A DNA stretch of 64,000 nucleotides from the human T2T-CHM13v2.0 reference genome, Homo sapiens: assembly GCA_009914755.4 (NCBI GenBank), contig CP086569.2, positions 21,408,001 to 21,472,000 of the forward strand, read 5' to 3'. The translations under genes and the position numbers were made by a program. The notes under the pieces are model-generated. The model made no database searches and had not been told where the DNA came from. It worked only from the letters and a program-made list of their open reading frames with translations. Shown here piece after piece: positions 14,480 through 30,249 of the stretch; position 1 is the stretch's first letter; every line of letters starts with the position of its first letter.

Positions 14480-15160
14480 AACTATATTTTGCCAGCACAG
14501 AGGAGACCCTGAACTAGTTGCCCACTAGAAGGCCAGTTCTGGGGTTTTCGTGAATTGGAAAGGATAATTAATGTGTTTAGTCTGTGGGCTGTCTTGGAGA
14601 TTATGTGACTCAACTTTGCCTGGGATGAATCAAGGGGACAAGTGAAAATTTATAGAGGTTGATTAGCTTGGTCAGGACCTATTAGGAGCTGAAGTAAAAA
14701 CTTGCCCCAAGACCTTGGCCCAGGACCAATCAGAGGCTGAAGTGATAATTCATATAAGGCCAATTCTCAGTCCAAGAAAAGGAAACTGCCCACTGAAACT
14801 ACTAAAGCCCACTGTGTTCATGCCAAAAAAAGGGGAAGACACTTTTTACTGAGAGACCACTGACTATACAAAGGGCAAAGTCATCATTATGCCAGGTCTT
14901 GTTCCCTATCTGAATGAGCTGAAAGTTTGGGTAAATTTTTATCCAGTTGGACTGGTGGTACTTTTATTTTGCAGCTGCAGGCATGTCTCCAGGCAAAACA
15001 TCCTGTGTTACTTTCCTTATCTGTGCCCACAGGTTGATTTACATTCCAGGCTGCTTTTTATGTGTTGTGGTGATGAGGCATTGACTTACAGGTTGGGGGC
15101 TGAGGACCCTTCCCTTGCTATCTACCTAACACAAGCCAACTAACTTGTTTCAGTCCCCCC
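14480..15160. repeat. LTR-like repeat, candidate 3' LTR of provirus B
   Basis: Homologous to 27130-28075 (shared ...ggccagttct.ggtttt...gactggaaaggataa..aatgtg.ttagtc...ccaatcag.g.ctgaagtgataattca... and ...atgtctccaggca.a.ca.cctgtg.ta.tttccttatctgtgcc). Confidence 0.4.
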
Positions 15161-15214
15161 TCAGTAGTAGAGACAATAATTGCTGTTAGGGAAATTGGGT
15201 CTTGATCTTTTTGG

Positions 15215-15730
15215 CTACTTCCTGCTGGAAAGTAGTGTTGTATAGGAAACAGCAGCTTCTGGGGCCAGTTTAAGGGTCCTCAGAAGAGAGGCACATCCAT
15301 ACATGGTCTCAATTGAATTATCCTTTGGAGCTCGATAGTTTTTAGGTGAGAGGGAATAATTCAAGTTATAGTAAGTATGCAAGCTCCAAACATTAACAGA
15401 AAACATAAAAAAGAGAGGTCCTAGTAGAAGAGCTAACCAGGTCCAAAATGAAGACGAATCCATTCAAAAGGGACTGTACCAACTGGAAACAGAGTTTTAG
15501 TTTGTCCTTAATTTGTTAATAATTGTAATTTGGTTTTGACGCATTTGTAAATTTTTCTTTTCCTGACTGGAACTGTTGACCCAGAAACAGTATGTTTTAT
15601 TTAAGACTGCACAGGCGCCCCCTACTTTAGTCATAAAGACATTAAGAGTTTGTTTATTTTGCTTTACACCAAGTCTAAAAAATGTAGGGATTATTGTTGG
15701 GCTTCTATGGCTGCTACAGTTGCTTTCCAC
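15215..15730 (-). pseudogene. Provirus B env transmembrane subunit remnant
   Basis: GGACAVLNKTYCFWVNSSS (CX6CC-type TM ectodomain motif) and ...WLALLLGPLFFMF (membrane anchor plus tail). Confidence 0.5.
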
Positions 15731-17570
15731 CCTTGTACCATGACAGAAATATTAGGAACCGATATTTCAAAAAGGACATATCACCAAACTAAAATAGTCC
15801 TGTGGCTATTGCATGTCCTAGTTCTGTTTTTTTTTTTAACATTAAATCAAATTGTCACATGTATGTCCTTTTCAGTTTTCTGTTTTAGTTAAATTTTCAT
15901 ATGATAGCATAAGGATAAGTAATCTTTAGTTTTGCTGTGTGTAAGAGAATGCACTCTCTCTAAAAAAAAAATAAAAAAATGTATTAAAAAAATAAAAAAA
16001 TCCCAGATTGGGGATTTCACCCGGCAATGCTACCGTGATAGAGGGGTTTAAAAATAACAGAGTGGAAACCACTGCCACTATAGTGTATGTTCCTTTTTAG
16101 TGCCTGGGGAGGATTAAGTGTAGCCGGGAGTCAAAAATAAAGTCAAGTCCCATTCCCTGGAGAAATAGTTCTATGCTGTAGTTTAGGGAGATTTTAGCTG
16201 GATTTAGTTCAGGCCTTTAAGGTCACCTTCCCTACATTTAATGGGAGTATTCTCAAGATAAGTATATTTATACAAGTATAAGCATCCATGGTACCATTTT
16301 GAACTTTACGTGTTGGATGGAAAACTTTTTTGGCAAATATATATTTAAGATTATGAACACAATATGTCCTGGCTAGTATCTTAGATAACCCTTTTTACAG
16401 GGGTTATTGTTCCAGATATCCCCTGTCCATTCACAAATTTGCAGAGTACTACCATTATTAAATATTATACAAGAGTCTGGAATTTCATGTGTGGGCAAAT
16501 TTTGGAAAGACCATATGTTATTTATTACCTGATAATACAGTTGGCAGGGGGTGGCATTTTTGCCCAGGGTAGCAATTCCCAGTGAGAATTCCACCTGGGA
16601 AGTTTGGCTAGATTGTTAGAGAAATTTCCATAATCTAGCCCAATGTTTGCTATTACCCTTGTTTCTTCTTAGTCTCTAGATCACTGTGCTTTTAGCAATT
16701 ATAAGCATAGTGTTGCAATATTTAGTTTCCAAAGTCTGGTATTTTTCCTCTGCTCTTAAAGCACAGGGAGGTTTTTTTTAAAATTAGCTTAAGAACGTGA
16801 GTTTTACCTTTGGGGTGTGTGTCTTTTTGAGTGGAGTTAAAAATGCTTTCATACAATGTTTTATTTATACCTATTAAATCCTTAATTGTTAAATATAAAG
16901 CCTGCAGAGGAAACACTAAGATAGTGAGTCCCAGAGTATTAAAGAGTTATTTGGTGTTATTAAACTGAGAAAATGATTAAGGGCAAACTTAGCAATCAGC
17001 CTTGCTGTATAGATGAGCAATGGCTGATACTATGTGGTCCAAAGGATGTGAAGCATTACTACATCTAACAGTGAATGTTAGTAAATTTGGTAGTAACAAA
17101 ATCTTCATGTTTATTTTTATGTTGACTATTATACCTGCTATAAGAATAATGACTAAGCAAAAGATTATGGCAATTGAGACTCCTATCTGCTATTTCATTT
17201 AGAAGGTGCCACAGTATAAAGTCCTACTGCAAAAAGCAAAGTAAGCACCACAATTTCTGTAAGTATGATGTAATAAATTTCTATTTAAAATCTTAATTAC
17301 ATGGATATATAATTTCCTCTTGGGGGTCTTTGTGGTTACAAATGTAATCACGTGGATTGGTAGAATCTTACTACAAGTATACATTAAAGGAAAGTTTTAG
17401 TATTTGACAACACATCTCAAGAAAAAGGTAGAAATGACTAAATGTATCTGATAAGGTAAAGTTGATATTGAGCTGAACAGATAGTTCTTAGTAACTTAAT
17501 CATTTTTTGTAATTTTTGATGGAATTTTCTGGCTTTTTGAAACTAATATTTGAAATGCTTTTTTGGGCTG

Positions 17571-17765
17571 TCAGGGGTCATTCCCCCTGCATTCCAAGAC
17601 TTTATTCCAGTGTGATGAATCTATGAGTTGAGTCCCACAATCTTTACCACCGAGCAAGGGTGGAGAAAGATGGTGTGAGGTCCCTACCAGTTGGAACATA
17701 GAGAGTGAAAAAAAGGGAAAAGCCTTTGCAAGTATCAACTCTCCTGAGTTGAACAGAGGTGGCAC
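17571..17765 (-). pseudogene. Provirus B integrase C-terminal remnant
   Basis: LAKAFPFFSLS matches provirus A LVKALPFFSLSRPSWEGPY. Confidence 0.5.
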
Positions 17766-18078
17766 TAGTTTTGGGGATTTTATTTTGATAGCTTTTTTAA
17801 TTTCTGCTAGAAGTAGGACAGGGAGATTACATATTTAAAAATATAGAAGTTTCTTGATATAAAGTTATTGGTAAGGAAAGGCTGTCCATACACTATTTTA
17901 AAAGGGCTCCACCCCAACCTTAAATGGGTGTTCTTTCCCCACATTAAGACTACAGGAAGGAGAGCAATTCAGGGGAAATGAGTTTTTTGAGAAACTTCCC
18001 TAAGTGTCTTTTAATGGTATCATGTTTTTTTTATCTTCCCTGAATACTGGTCTCCTAGCACAATAAAGGTCATATTGT

Positions 18079-18211
18079 GGCCAGACGTGGTGGCTCATGC
18101 CTGTAATCCCATCACTTTGGGAGGCCGAGCTGGGCGAATCACTAGGTCAAGAGATTGAGACCAACCTGGACAACATGGTGAAACCCTGTCTCTATTGAAA
18201 ATGCAAAAATT
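18079..18211 (+). mobile_element. Alu, left portion (split by the SVA insertion)
   Basis: ggccagacgtggtggctcatgcctgtaatcccatcactttgggaggccgag...gtgaaaccctgtctctattgaaaatgcaaaaatt. The Alu's own TSD is aaggtcatattg at 18066-18077 and 20657-20667. Confidence 0.85.
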
Positions 18212-21080
<2,869 letters not shown>

Positions 21081-22675
21081 TTCCCAACTGAGAAGATAAG
21101 GATCTTAAGAACTTTTCACTTACTGGATGATGGGAAGTAAGGTTTGCCATTCTCTGATTACAACCATCCTGAGGGCTAAAGAGTGTATAATCAAGGGGTA
21201 GCCCATATTTTCTTTGAAGGGGAATACTGAGGTTTTATTTTTCTCATGGAGCTCTCCCAAATTAGAGAAGCTTCAAGGGCACAGGTACCTTGGGTGTTGT
21301 TGCTGCTGACTTATCTGTATTTTGTTATCAGCTACTTTATCTATCCCCTTATGGTGTCCTTTGCAATGCAATGCTGCCACTTCCTACTGAAGGAAAACTG
21401 AGGACAACAATCTATTTAAATAGGAGACCCATTAACAGTCATAAAATGTCTTTCTTTCCAAATAGCGGCATGCGCATGGAGATCTATGAAAACATACTTG
21501 GAATCAGTATATGTCTTATCTGCCTTTCTTTTGCTTAGTTCAATTACCCTTATGAGGTCAATGAATTAAGCTAATTGAGCACTTGTACCTGATGAAGGAG
21601 ATGTGGTTTTAGTAAAGTTATTCAGGATGACTATTGCATACTCTGCCCTATGGGTTTCTCATTCTACAAAATAACTTCCATCTGTAAAAAGAGTACAGTC
21701 TGAGTTTTCTAGCAGAATTTCCCTGAGGTCTTCTGAGGCCTCATATGTTTGTATCACTATTTGTTCATAATCATGTTTATGTTCTCCAGTTTCCCTTCAG
21801 AAGAAAGTGACTGGGTTTAGGCAAAGACAGGTCTTCAGCTGAACTGCAGATCCTTCCAACAGCAAAGCTTAATATTTGAGGAGGTGATTATTTGTTAGCC
21901 AGAGAATTCCTTTAAAGGACAGCAGTCCTGCTACATTATGGGGGCATGTAAACAGCTAAGTCATTCCCCATGTCACCTCAGTAGCTTCTGGCACAAGCAA
22001 GGCCTCCACTAAAACTACAGTCGGGGCAAGCCAGCCATCCTTTAGTCCCCAGTTTAAATTCCTTGTTTAGGTAATCAACTGACTGCTGGCTGGACCTTAG
22101 GCTGATGTAAAACTGTCATGGCTATCCCCTTTCCTTCTGAGACAAAGATAAAATGCATTCTTTATAGGAAGAGTGAGGACAATTACTTTAAATAAGGCTT
22201 GCTTTCAATGATTGAAAGCATTTTGAGCCTTGTTTCCAAATTAGGGAGTTTTAGCTGCTTGAGTTTCTTTCATAAGGTGTTATTAACAGCAGTTATTTTA
22301 CTATACCCAAGTATCCACAATCTATGGAAAACTGTAATGCCCCAAAATTCTTTTAGCTGTTTCATGGTTTGGGGAAGGAGAAAAAACTCTATAGGCTTAC
22401 TAGTCTTTTTTCCCCAATATTTTGTTCCCTTCTGACAAAATTAGACCTAAGTACCTTAGATTTTACTGAAGTTTGTCAGAGGTAAGGTTCAGATTTAGAA
22501 ATTTTTTACCTTGTATATGCTAGAAAATTAAGAAGAACCTCAATACCTTCTTAAAAAAGACCCACAGCTGGAGCACAGAGGAAAATATTATTTACATATT
22601 GTGAAAGTTTAATCTAAGAATAACAGAACTTAGAAAGTCTTTTGATAATGCTTCCCCAAACAAGTGGGGGTTGTC

Positions 22676-22975
22676 TCAGAACCCTTGATGCAGTACTGTC
22701 CACATTAACTGGGTAGACTGGCTGCAGGGATCCTCCAAAGCAAACAAGTATGGGGTGTCAAGGTGCAATGGTATGCAGAAAAAAGCCTTTTTAAGGTCCA
22801 AAATTGTGAACCATTTAGTTCCCTCAGGTATTTGAGTTAGCAAAATATAAGAATTAGAAACTATCAGATAGATCGAAACTACAGCTTTATTAATGAGATG
22901 AAGTCTTAAACTAGCCTTCATTCTCCACTGGGTTTCTGTATCTCTAATATTGGGATGTTGCAAGAGCTGTTGCAA
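22676..22975 (-). pseudogene. Provirus B reverse transcriptase remnant
   Basis: ...KWFTILDLKKAFFCIPLHLDTPYLFALEDP matches MLV-type RT motif A/B. Confidence 0.6.
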
Positions 22976-23285
22976 AGTCTGAGAATGTACTATTATTTTA
23001 AATTATTAATAATGGCTTGTAGTTCTTTTCTAGCTTCTGGCTATAGAAGGATACTGCTTCTGCTTAGGAAAAGAAGTGATGACTTTACAGTGAATCTGGA
23101 CTGGAGTGGCTGTAGCCCAGCCTCTTTAACATTGTTTTTTACTAAAAAAGAGACAAAGAGTCTGTACGGGAGCTATAAATACGATGGCTTCCATACAAGC
23201 TAGAATATCTCTACATATTTAAGGAGTCAGACTCTCAGGCATAATTAAAAACACATGAGTAAATAACAAGTCTCCCCAGCTACAA

Positions 23286-23576
23286 CTAAGAGACTGTGAA
23301 AAATATCAGGTTAAGAACTTTCCAAAGATGCCTACCAGGGTTGTGACATGAGAGAAGGGGAGGCCTGGATTGACAAAGAATGCAAAGAGACTGGCTCCTG
23401 ATTCCAGGTTCCAAAAGGAAGTCTACCTTTCTCTCTTTTACCTCCAAAATTACCCGGAGCTTCTGGAGAGTGATGGCAGTTTGAGCCACTAAAGCTGGGA
23501 AATTGAGCACTAGGACCCTGTAATCCTGCTGAATTATTTTGGAGACTGGGTCTAGACCTTGTGAGCTACATATCAA
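23286..23576 (-). pseudogene. Provirus B protease remnant (active site mutated)
   Basis: ...RKVDFLLEPGIRSQSL aligns with provirus A RKVDFFLDTGVCLSVL. Confidence 0.45.
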
Positions 23577-25698
23577 AGGAAAATTTGACTTCTAGTAGTC
23601 TTTACCACTGGCTGGACAGGGTTGAGGTGGCTTATTCCTGCTATCTGGAAAATCCATTTTGAAGTGTCCTTGTTTGCCACATTGGTAGCAGTTAGAAGAC
23701 GCAACTCAGGGATTCTGAATTTTATATTCCTGTAATGTGGCCACTAGAGCCTCTCGTTTTTGTTGTATTTTCTCACTTTCTCCTGGGCCTCCTCCCAGTC
23801 TCTGCTGTATGAGACCAAAGTAGCCCCTTTCTAGAGATTATCTAGAGAGCTATCTGGACCTATGACCAGTTTCTTCAACATCTTTTTGATATAAGAAGCT
23901 GGTTGTATAATAAACTTGTTTTTTTTTAAATTAATTGTCTCTCAACTAAATTAGGATATAGATAGGTGTGTTTTACTAATGCCTGTCTCAGCCTTTCTAT
24001 AAAGGCTACGGAGTTTTTCCATCTGATTTTTTGATTTATTATGAAGAGCTTATATTAATTAAGAGGTTTGATCCTGGAAGGCCTTTTCAAGCCTTCCAGT
24101 ATGCATATCAGATAATTCTTTTCCATTCATTTATAGAAATATTGGGATTCCAATTGGGATTTTCAAGGGGTATTGCATCCTTTCCTATTGGGAATGAAAA
24201 TTTTGCTACCTTCTCACCCTCTTCTTTCATTAGAAGAAATTTTGCTACCTTCTCACCCTCCCTTCTGCTAGATTTTTCCCTTGCAAACTTTTAGACAAAC
24301 TCTAGGGGATGTGTTGTTCATCTCCAAATGTTTCTGCTGCCTGTAAACCTGCCTGCTTTTCTGCAACAGTTAGGTTTGACTTAAAAGTATTATAGCATTT
24401 TTCTACATAAGATTAAACACTTGGGTTAAATTTTGGCAAGCCTGTATATATCCATCAGCATCATTAGAAAACTTGCCCAGGTTCCCCTTTATTTATCTAT
24501 AATCCTTCAATAAGAATGGAACACAAATCCTAAAGCACTATGGACATGTGACATTTTCTGCTATGGCAAGAGTTAAAGAGGGAATTTCTTAAGTGACACA
24601 ACTGGGGCAGCTAATAATTTGGTTATTAAGATCCCAGAATAAGTGAGACAGGGCACCCTGAAATTCCATTTGGGGTTCCCTGAGGGTTTGTCTCTTTGAC
24701 TTTGGGGAACTGTCCTTTCTAGGCTTCCCTTACATGGTTGCAAAAAGGTCAGGGTTAACTGTACAATGATTACAAACATTGAGTTGTTTCACAGGACAAT
24801 GTAAGCCTGTACATAGGGAAGCTCAGACCATTTTCCCTACCACCTAGAGAAAATATCTAGTTGTTAAATAATATAGAAATCAAGACTTCCTTTAGAAGGC
24901 TAAGTTTATTCATTTCCAATATGGTAATATTGTTTTATAAGCCTTATGGGCAATAGAATATAAGCGATTTTATTTTCAGGATTTTAGGTCCAAAGGAGTT
25001 TCAGGGATTCAGAATGCAGTCAAGGGGAGTACAGACTGCAAATGGTTTATTACCCAACTAAAAAAAGAGGAAAAAACAATGAGTTTATCAATACTCTTCC
25101 TTCTACTGGTGTCCCCCAGAGTGAAGAAAGAGAGAAAGTGCATTTCCCTTCTCCTCCTTCTCCCTCTCCTGTGGGTCCTGGTGACTGTCATGAATGCTGT
25201 CCTATGAATGCAAGTGTGACCTTCACCCAAGAACCCAGAGGAGCTGGTAGGCAAGACTAGTCATGCCCATCTGCATAAGCCCTTGGTTTTCTGCCCTACT
25301 GGAATCTTAGACCCACTCAGCCCAAAAGGCTTCTAAGGTACTCCACACGCCTGGAAGAGATAATGTAGTATTTGGACTCTGGCAATACTTTTTTAATGAA
25401 GGAAGTGTTTTAATACCATCCCTGCTATGGTACCGGTTAAAAATCAGAATCCCACAAAATAGGAGGGACTAACTTCCAAACGTAAATTTTCTTTTATGTT
25501 TACATCCCAAAGTAGTCGAATGCAGAATGGGTGCTTCAAAAAAAGCATACAAATTAAATAGCTTCCCTTCCATTGATGACATCATTATTGAAGCAAAGTC
25601 TGTCTTTTCAGGATGGCTTTCTCTCGGCTGTTGAAAGTAGAGTTTTCTTGTCTACAAATAGGAGATGGGCCTGATTACCGATAGACAAAAGTAAAAGG

Positions 25699-26010
25699 GG
25701 CTGGGCATGATGGCTCATGCCTGTAATCCCAGCACTTTGGGAGGCCGAGGCTGGTGGATCACCAGAGGTCCAGAGTTCAAGACTAGCCTGAACAGCATGG
25801 AGAAACCCCATCTCTACTAAAAATACAAACAAAATTAGCCAGGTGAGGTGGCACATGCCTGTAATCCCAGCTACTCAGGAGGCTGAGGCAGGAAAATCAC
25901 TTACACCTGGGAGATGGAGGTTGCACTGAGCCAAGATTATGCCACTGCACCCAGCCTGGGCAACAAAAGTGAAATTCCATCTCGGAAAAAAGAAAAAAAG
26001 AAAAAAAAAG
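25699..26010 (+). mobile_element. Alu
   Basis: ggctgggcatgatggctcatgcctgtaatcccagcactttgggaggccgagg...A-rich tail. Confidence 0.9.
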
Positions 26011-26196
26011 TAAAAGGAAAAAGGAATTGGGAAACTAGTCGTTTGTGGTAGAGTGCTGACAAGACTCCACATGGAGAAAAATTTCACTCCACTAGGTGGT
26101 GATGTAGGGTTAGATATGTGAGATAAAACTCTGACTTCAAATTCTTTTCAGGAAAAAGTTTGAAAGAGAGGTTTGGGGTTTAATAGGCTTTCCCAT

Positions 26197-26400
26197 AGCA
26201 TGCTCCCCAGAATAAGAAAATTAATTTATCTCATATAGAAACTTTAGATTCATTGGACTATGCTGGAAGCATCCTCCTCAGAATAAGAAAATTAATTTAT
26301 CTCATATAGAAACTAGATTCATTGGATTGTGCTGGAAGCATCCTCCCCAGAATAAGAAAATTAATTTATCTCATATAGAATCTTTAGATTCATTGGATTG
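26197..26400. repeat. Minisatellite, three copies of a roughly 63-bp unit
   Basis: cagaataagaaaattaatttatctcatatagaaactttagattcattggattgtgctggaagcatcctcc, three copies. Confidence 0.85.
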
Positions 26401-27129
26401 TGCTGGACTCTTATACAGAATAAAAAACAATACAAATAGAAGAATATTCACTCAGGAAGAACTATTATCCCACATGGTGCCATGAGTGTCTATTATTAAG
26501 GGATAGAAGGGTCCTTATAAGGTAAGAATTTAGATGGAAATTTGAATCCCTTTGTTTCTAGGAAACCACAAAAATAACAATTTTTTTGAATTACATTTGT
26601 AATTATTAAGACACTGACTAACTCTACCCAGCAGGATTATATCCCTAGCTTGCAAAAACACTCACAACACTGAATACAAAATAGGGATTAGAGACAAGAT
26701 ATCCACAAGAAAAAAAAGAATATGTGACGAGAAAAGACTAGAAGTTTTTTTGCTGACACCCTGATGGGCTGTTGGGAGCTAGATGTTAGTCCAAAGACCC
26801 TCAGGTAACACCAAGATATAGCCCCAGCTGGAAATCTTCAGTTGGCCTAGAACCTCCTTTCAATCCCACATCATGGCTAGGCCCTCTGTGAAAGGAAACT
26901 GGATTGGAATAGACAAGAAGCCTCAGAAATGAAAGTAAAGGGTTAAAGTTAAAAATATGCTTTTATTCAACTTTCTGATGAATTCTTTTATTCTCGATCA
27001 ATGTACCAAAATATGTTGCAGTCTCACCAATGCACCAAGATTTAGCAGTCTTTCATTGTTTGAGATAATCGTCAGAGTTTTTTTTTTAATCCAAGACAAT
27101 AAAGGAGTGCAGGCAAAAGGATAACGTAG

Positions 27130-28075
27130 AAGCAGAAGTTTAATAAGCAAAAAGAGAAAACTTTTTGTGAGCAGTGGCTGAGGCCTGAATTGGTTTCCCA
27201 CTATGAGGCCAGTTCTAGGATTTTTATAGACTGGAAAGGATAAGGAATGTGCTTAGTCTTGGATAACAGCTTGGCCTGGGACCCTGGTCTGAAGCCAACT
27301 GGAGAGCTTGGCCCAGTGCCAATCAGGGTCTAAAGTGATAATTCACAGAGGCCAGAATTGCTGTCCACAAAAGAAAATAAAACTACCCAGTGGAACCTGC
27401 TGGAACCATCATGCCCATGTCCACAAAAAGAGAAAAAAAAAATGTCCTGATCATGCTGACTCCACAAAAATAGGATTTTTATGCCATGCCTTCTTCACTT
27501 ACCTTAGTGAGCCTAAGGTTTGCATAAGTTCTTATCCAAATGGGCCAGAGGTTCTGTTTTTTTTTGTGTGTGCCAGCCACAAACATGTCTCCAGGCACAG
27601 CACCCTGTGCTAGTTTTCTTATCTGTGCCTTCAGCTTGATTTGTTTTTTCCAGGCTGCTTTTTTTTTTTTTTTTTTTTTTTTGTGAGATGGGAGTCTCGC
27701 TCTGTGTCCAGGCTGGAGTGCAGCGGCGTGATTCTCGGCTCACTAAAATCTCCGACTCCCTGGTTCAAGCAATTCTCCTGCCTCAGCTTCCCGAGTAGCT
27801 GGGATTACAGGCAGGCGACAACACGCCCAGCTAATTTTTGTATTTTTAGTAGAGACAAGGTTTCACCATGTTAGCCAGGATGATTTTGATATCCTGACCT
27901 CGTGATCTGCCCTCCTCAGCTTCCCAAAGTGTGGGGATTACAGGCCTGAGCCACCACACCCAGCTCCAGGCTCCTTTTATGTTTTATGGAAATGAGGCAC
28001 TGACATTCCCTGCTCTGGAGGATCTCTGGGGACCCTTTTCTTTCTATATAACTAAGGCCAGCTAACTATTTTCAT
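27130..28075. repeat. LTR-like repeat, candidate 5' LTR of provirus B, carrying an antisense Alu (27659-27965)
   Basis: Homologous to 14480-15160 on both sides of the Alu. Confidence 0.4.
27659..27965 (-). mobile_element. Alu (antisense)
   Basis: (T)24 then gtgagatgggagtctcgctctgtgtccaggctggagtgcagcggcgtg...ggattacaggcctgagccaccacacccagc. Confidence 0.9.
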
Positions 28076-28224
28076 TTTGAGAACTCACTATCACAAAAAG
28101 AGCAAAGGGATGTATGTGCTCCCATTATCACATTACCTGTTAAAAGGCCCCTTCTCTTATATTCTTTATTACAATTTGACATTATATTTTGGCAGAAACA
28201 TAAATCCAGACCATATTATACTAC

Positions 28225-29290
<1,066 letters not shown>

Positions 29291-29480
29291 TAATATTGAA
29301 AAAATAACTATGCTCTTTTATTTACAAGTGGAGAGTTCAGCATTTACAACAGAGTATCTAGAGCTCTCATTTCTTTGGACTGTTGCTTGGCACACTACCA
29401 ATCACAGTAATACAGTTATAACTCAACAGTTGCGAGGGCCATGTGGATTCCATAGGGTTTCACTTTTTCTTTTGCTTCTA

Positions 29481-29520
29481 ACTACTACACACAAACACAC
29501 ACACACACACACAGACACAC
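29481..29520. repeat. (CA)n microsatellite
   Basis: cacacaaacacacacacacacacacagacacacaaa. Confidence 0.9.
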
Positions 29521-30249
29521 AAATTGGTGATGTGTCAGACATGGTACATAGTGAGTAAACTTGTGTTTAACTCAGTAAATGTTTGTGTATATTGTGCAAT
29601 AACATGATAACTGTTCACAGAATATAAAATACAGGGTGACCTCAGCAATATGGTGGAAAAAGTGGTCACCCATTTATATCCCCTGACGACAATGATTCTG
29701 TACCCATCCATACAAAGAAGTATCTTTCTTGCTCTGTGGGAGTCTTGGGATTCAAGTAGGTGGTTGTGAAACTCTGGTGGAGCCCAAGGCCTAAAAACGG
29801 AGATATTGGGAGTGCAGACATATACCCGTGTGGCAGATTATTCATTCTAATTTATTCTATTTATTCCAATTTATTGTAATCCGAATGGCTACTTTGGCTC
29901 AGCTACAGCCTTATATGTTCTTGACACTGTGACTGAAACCATAGGTCAAGAAAGGGTCACATGAACTAGAGCGTAGGCAAAAAGATTTTTCTGTATCCCT
30001 ACCTTTGTCTTGGCAGTAAACCCAAATATCATTCTATAACTTGACTGCAAATTCTTTCTCCACCGTGATCCTAGCTTAATAGTGCTCACATAAGGACCCA
30101 AAGGGAAATGCCCATCTGTGCCATCAGAACAAGCTAGCCTTTCTTTATGCCACAACAGTTTCTGTTGGGATGATGCTATTATGGCTCCAGACCCCTCTGC
30201 TACAGTCACATAGTTACTGTCATTTTTGAAAATGGCTATGAGATGTACC

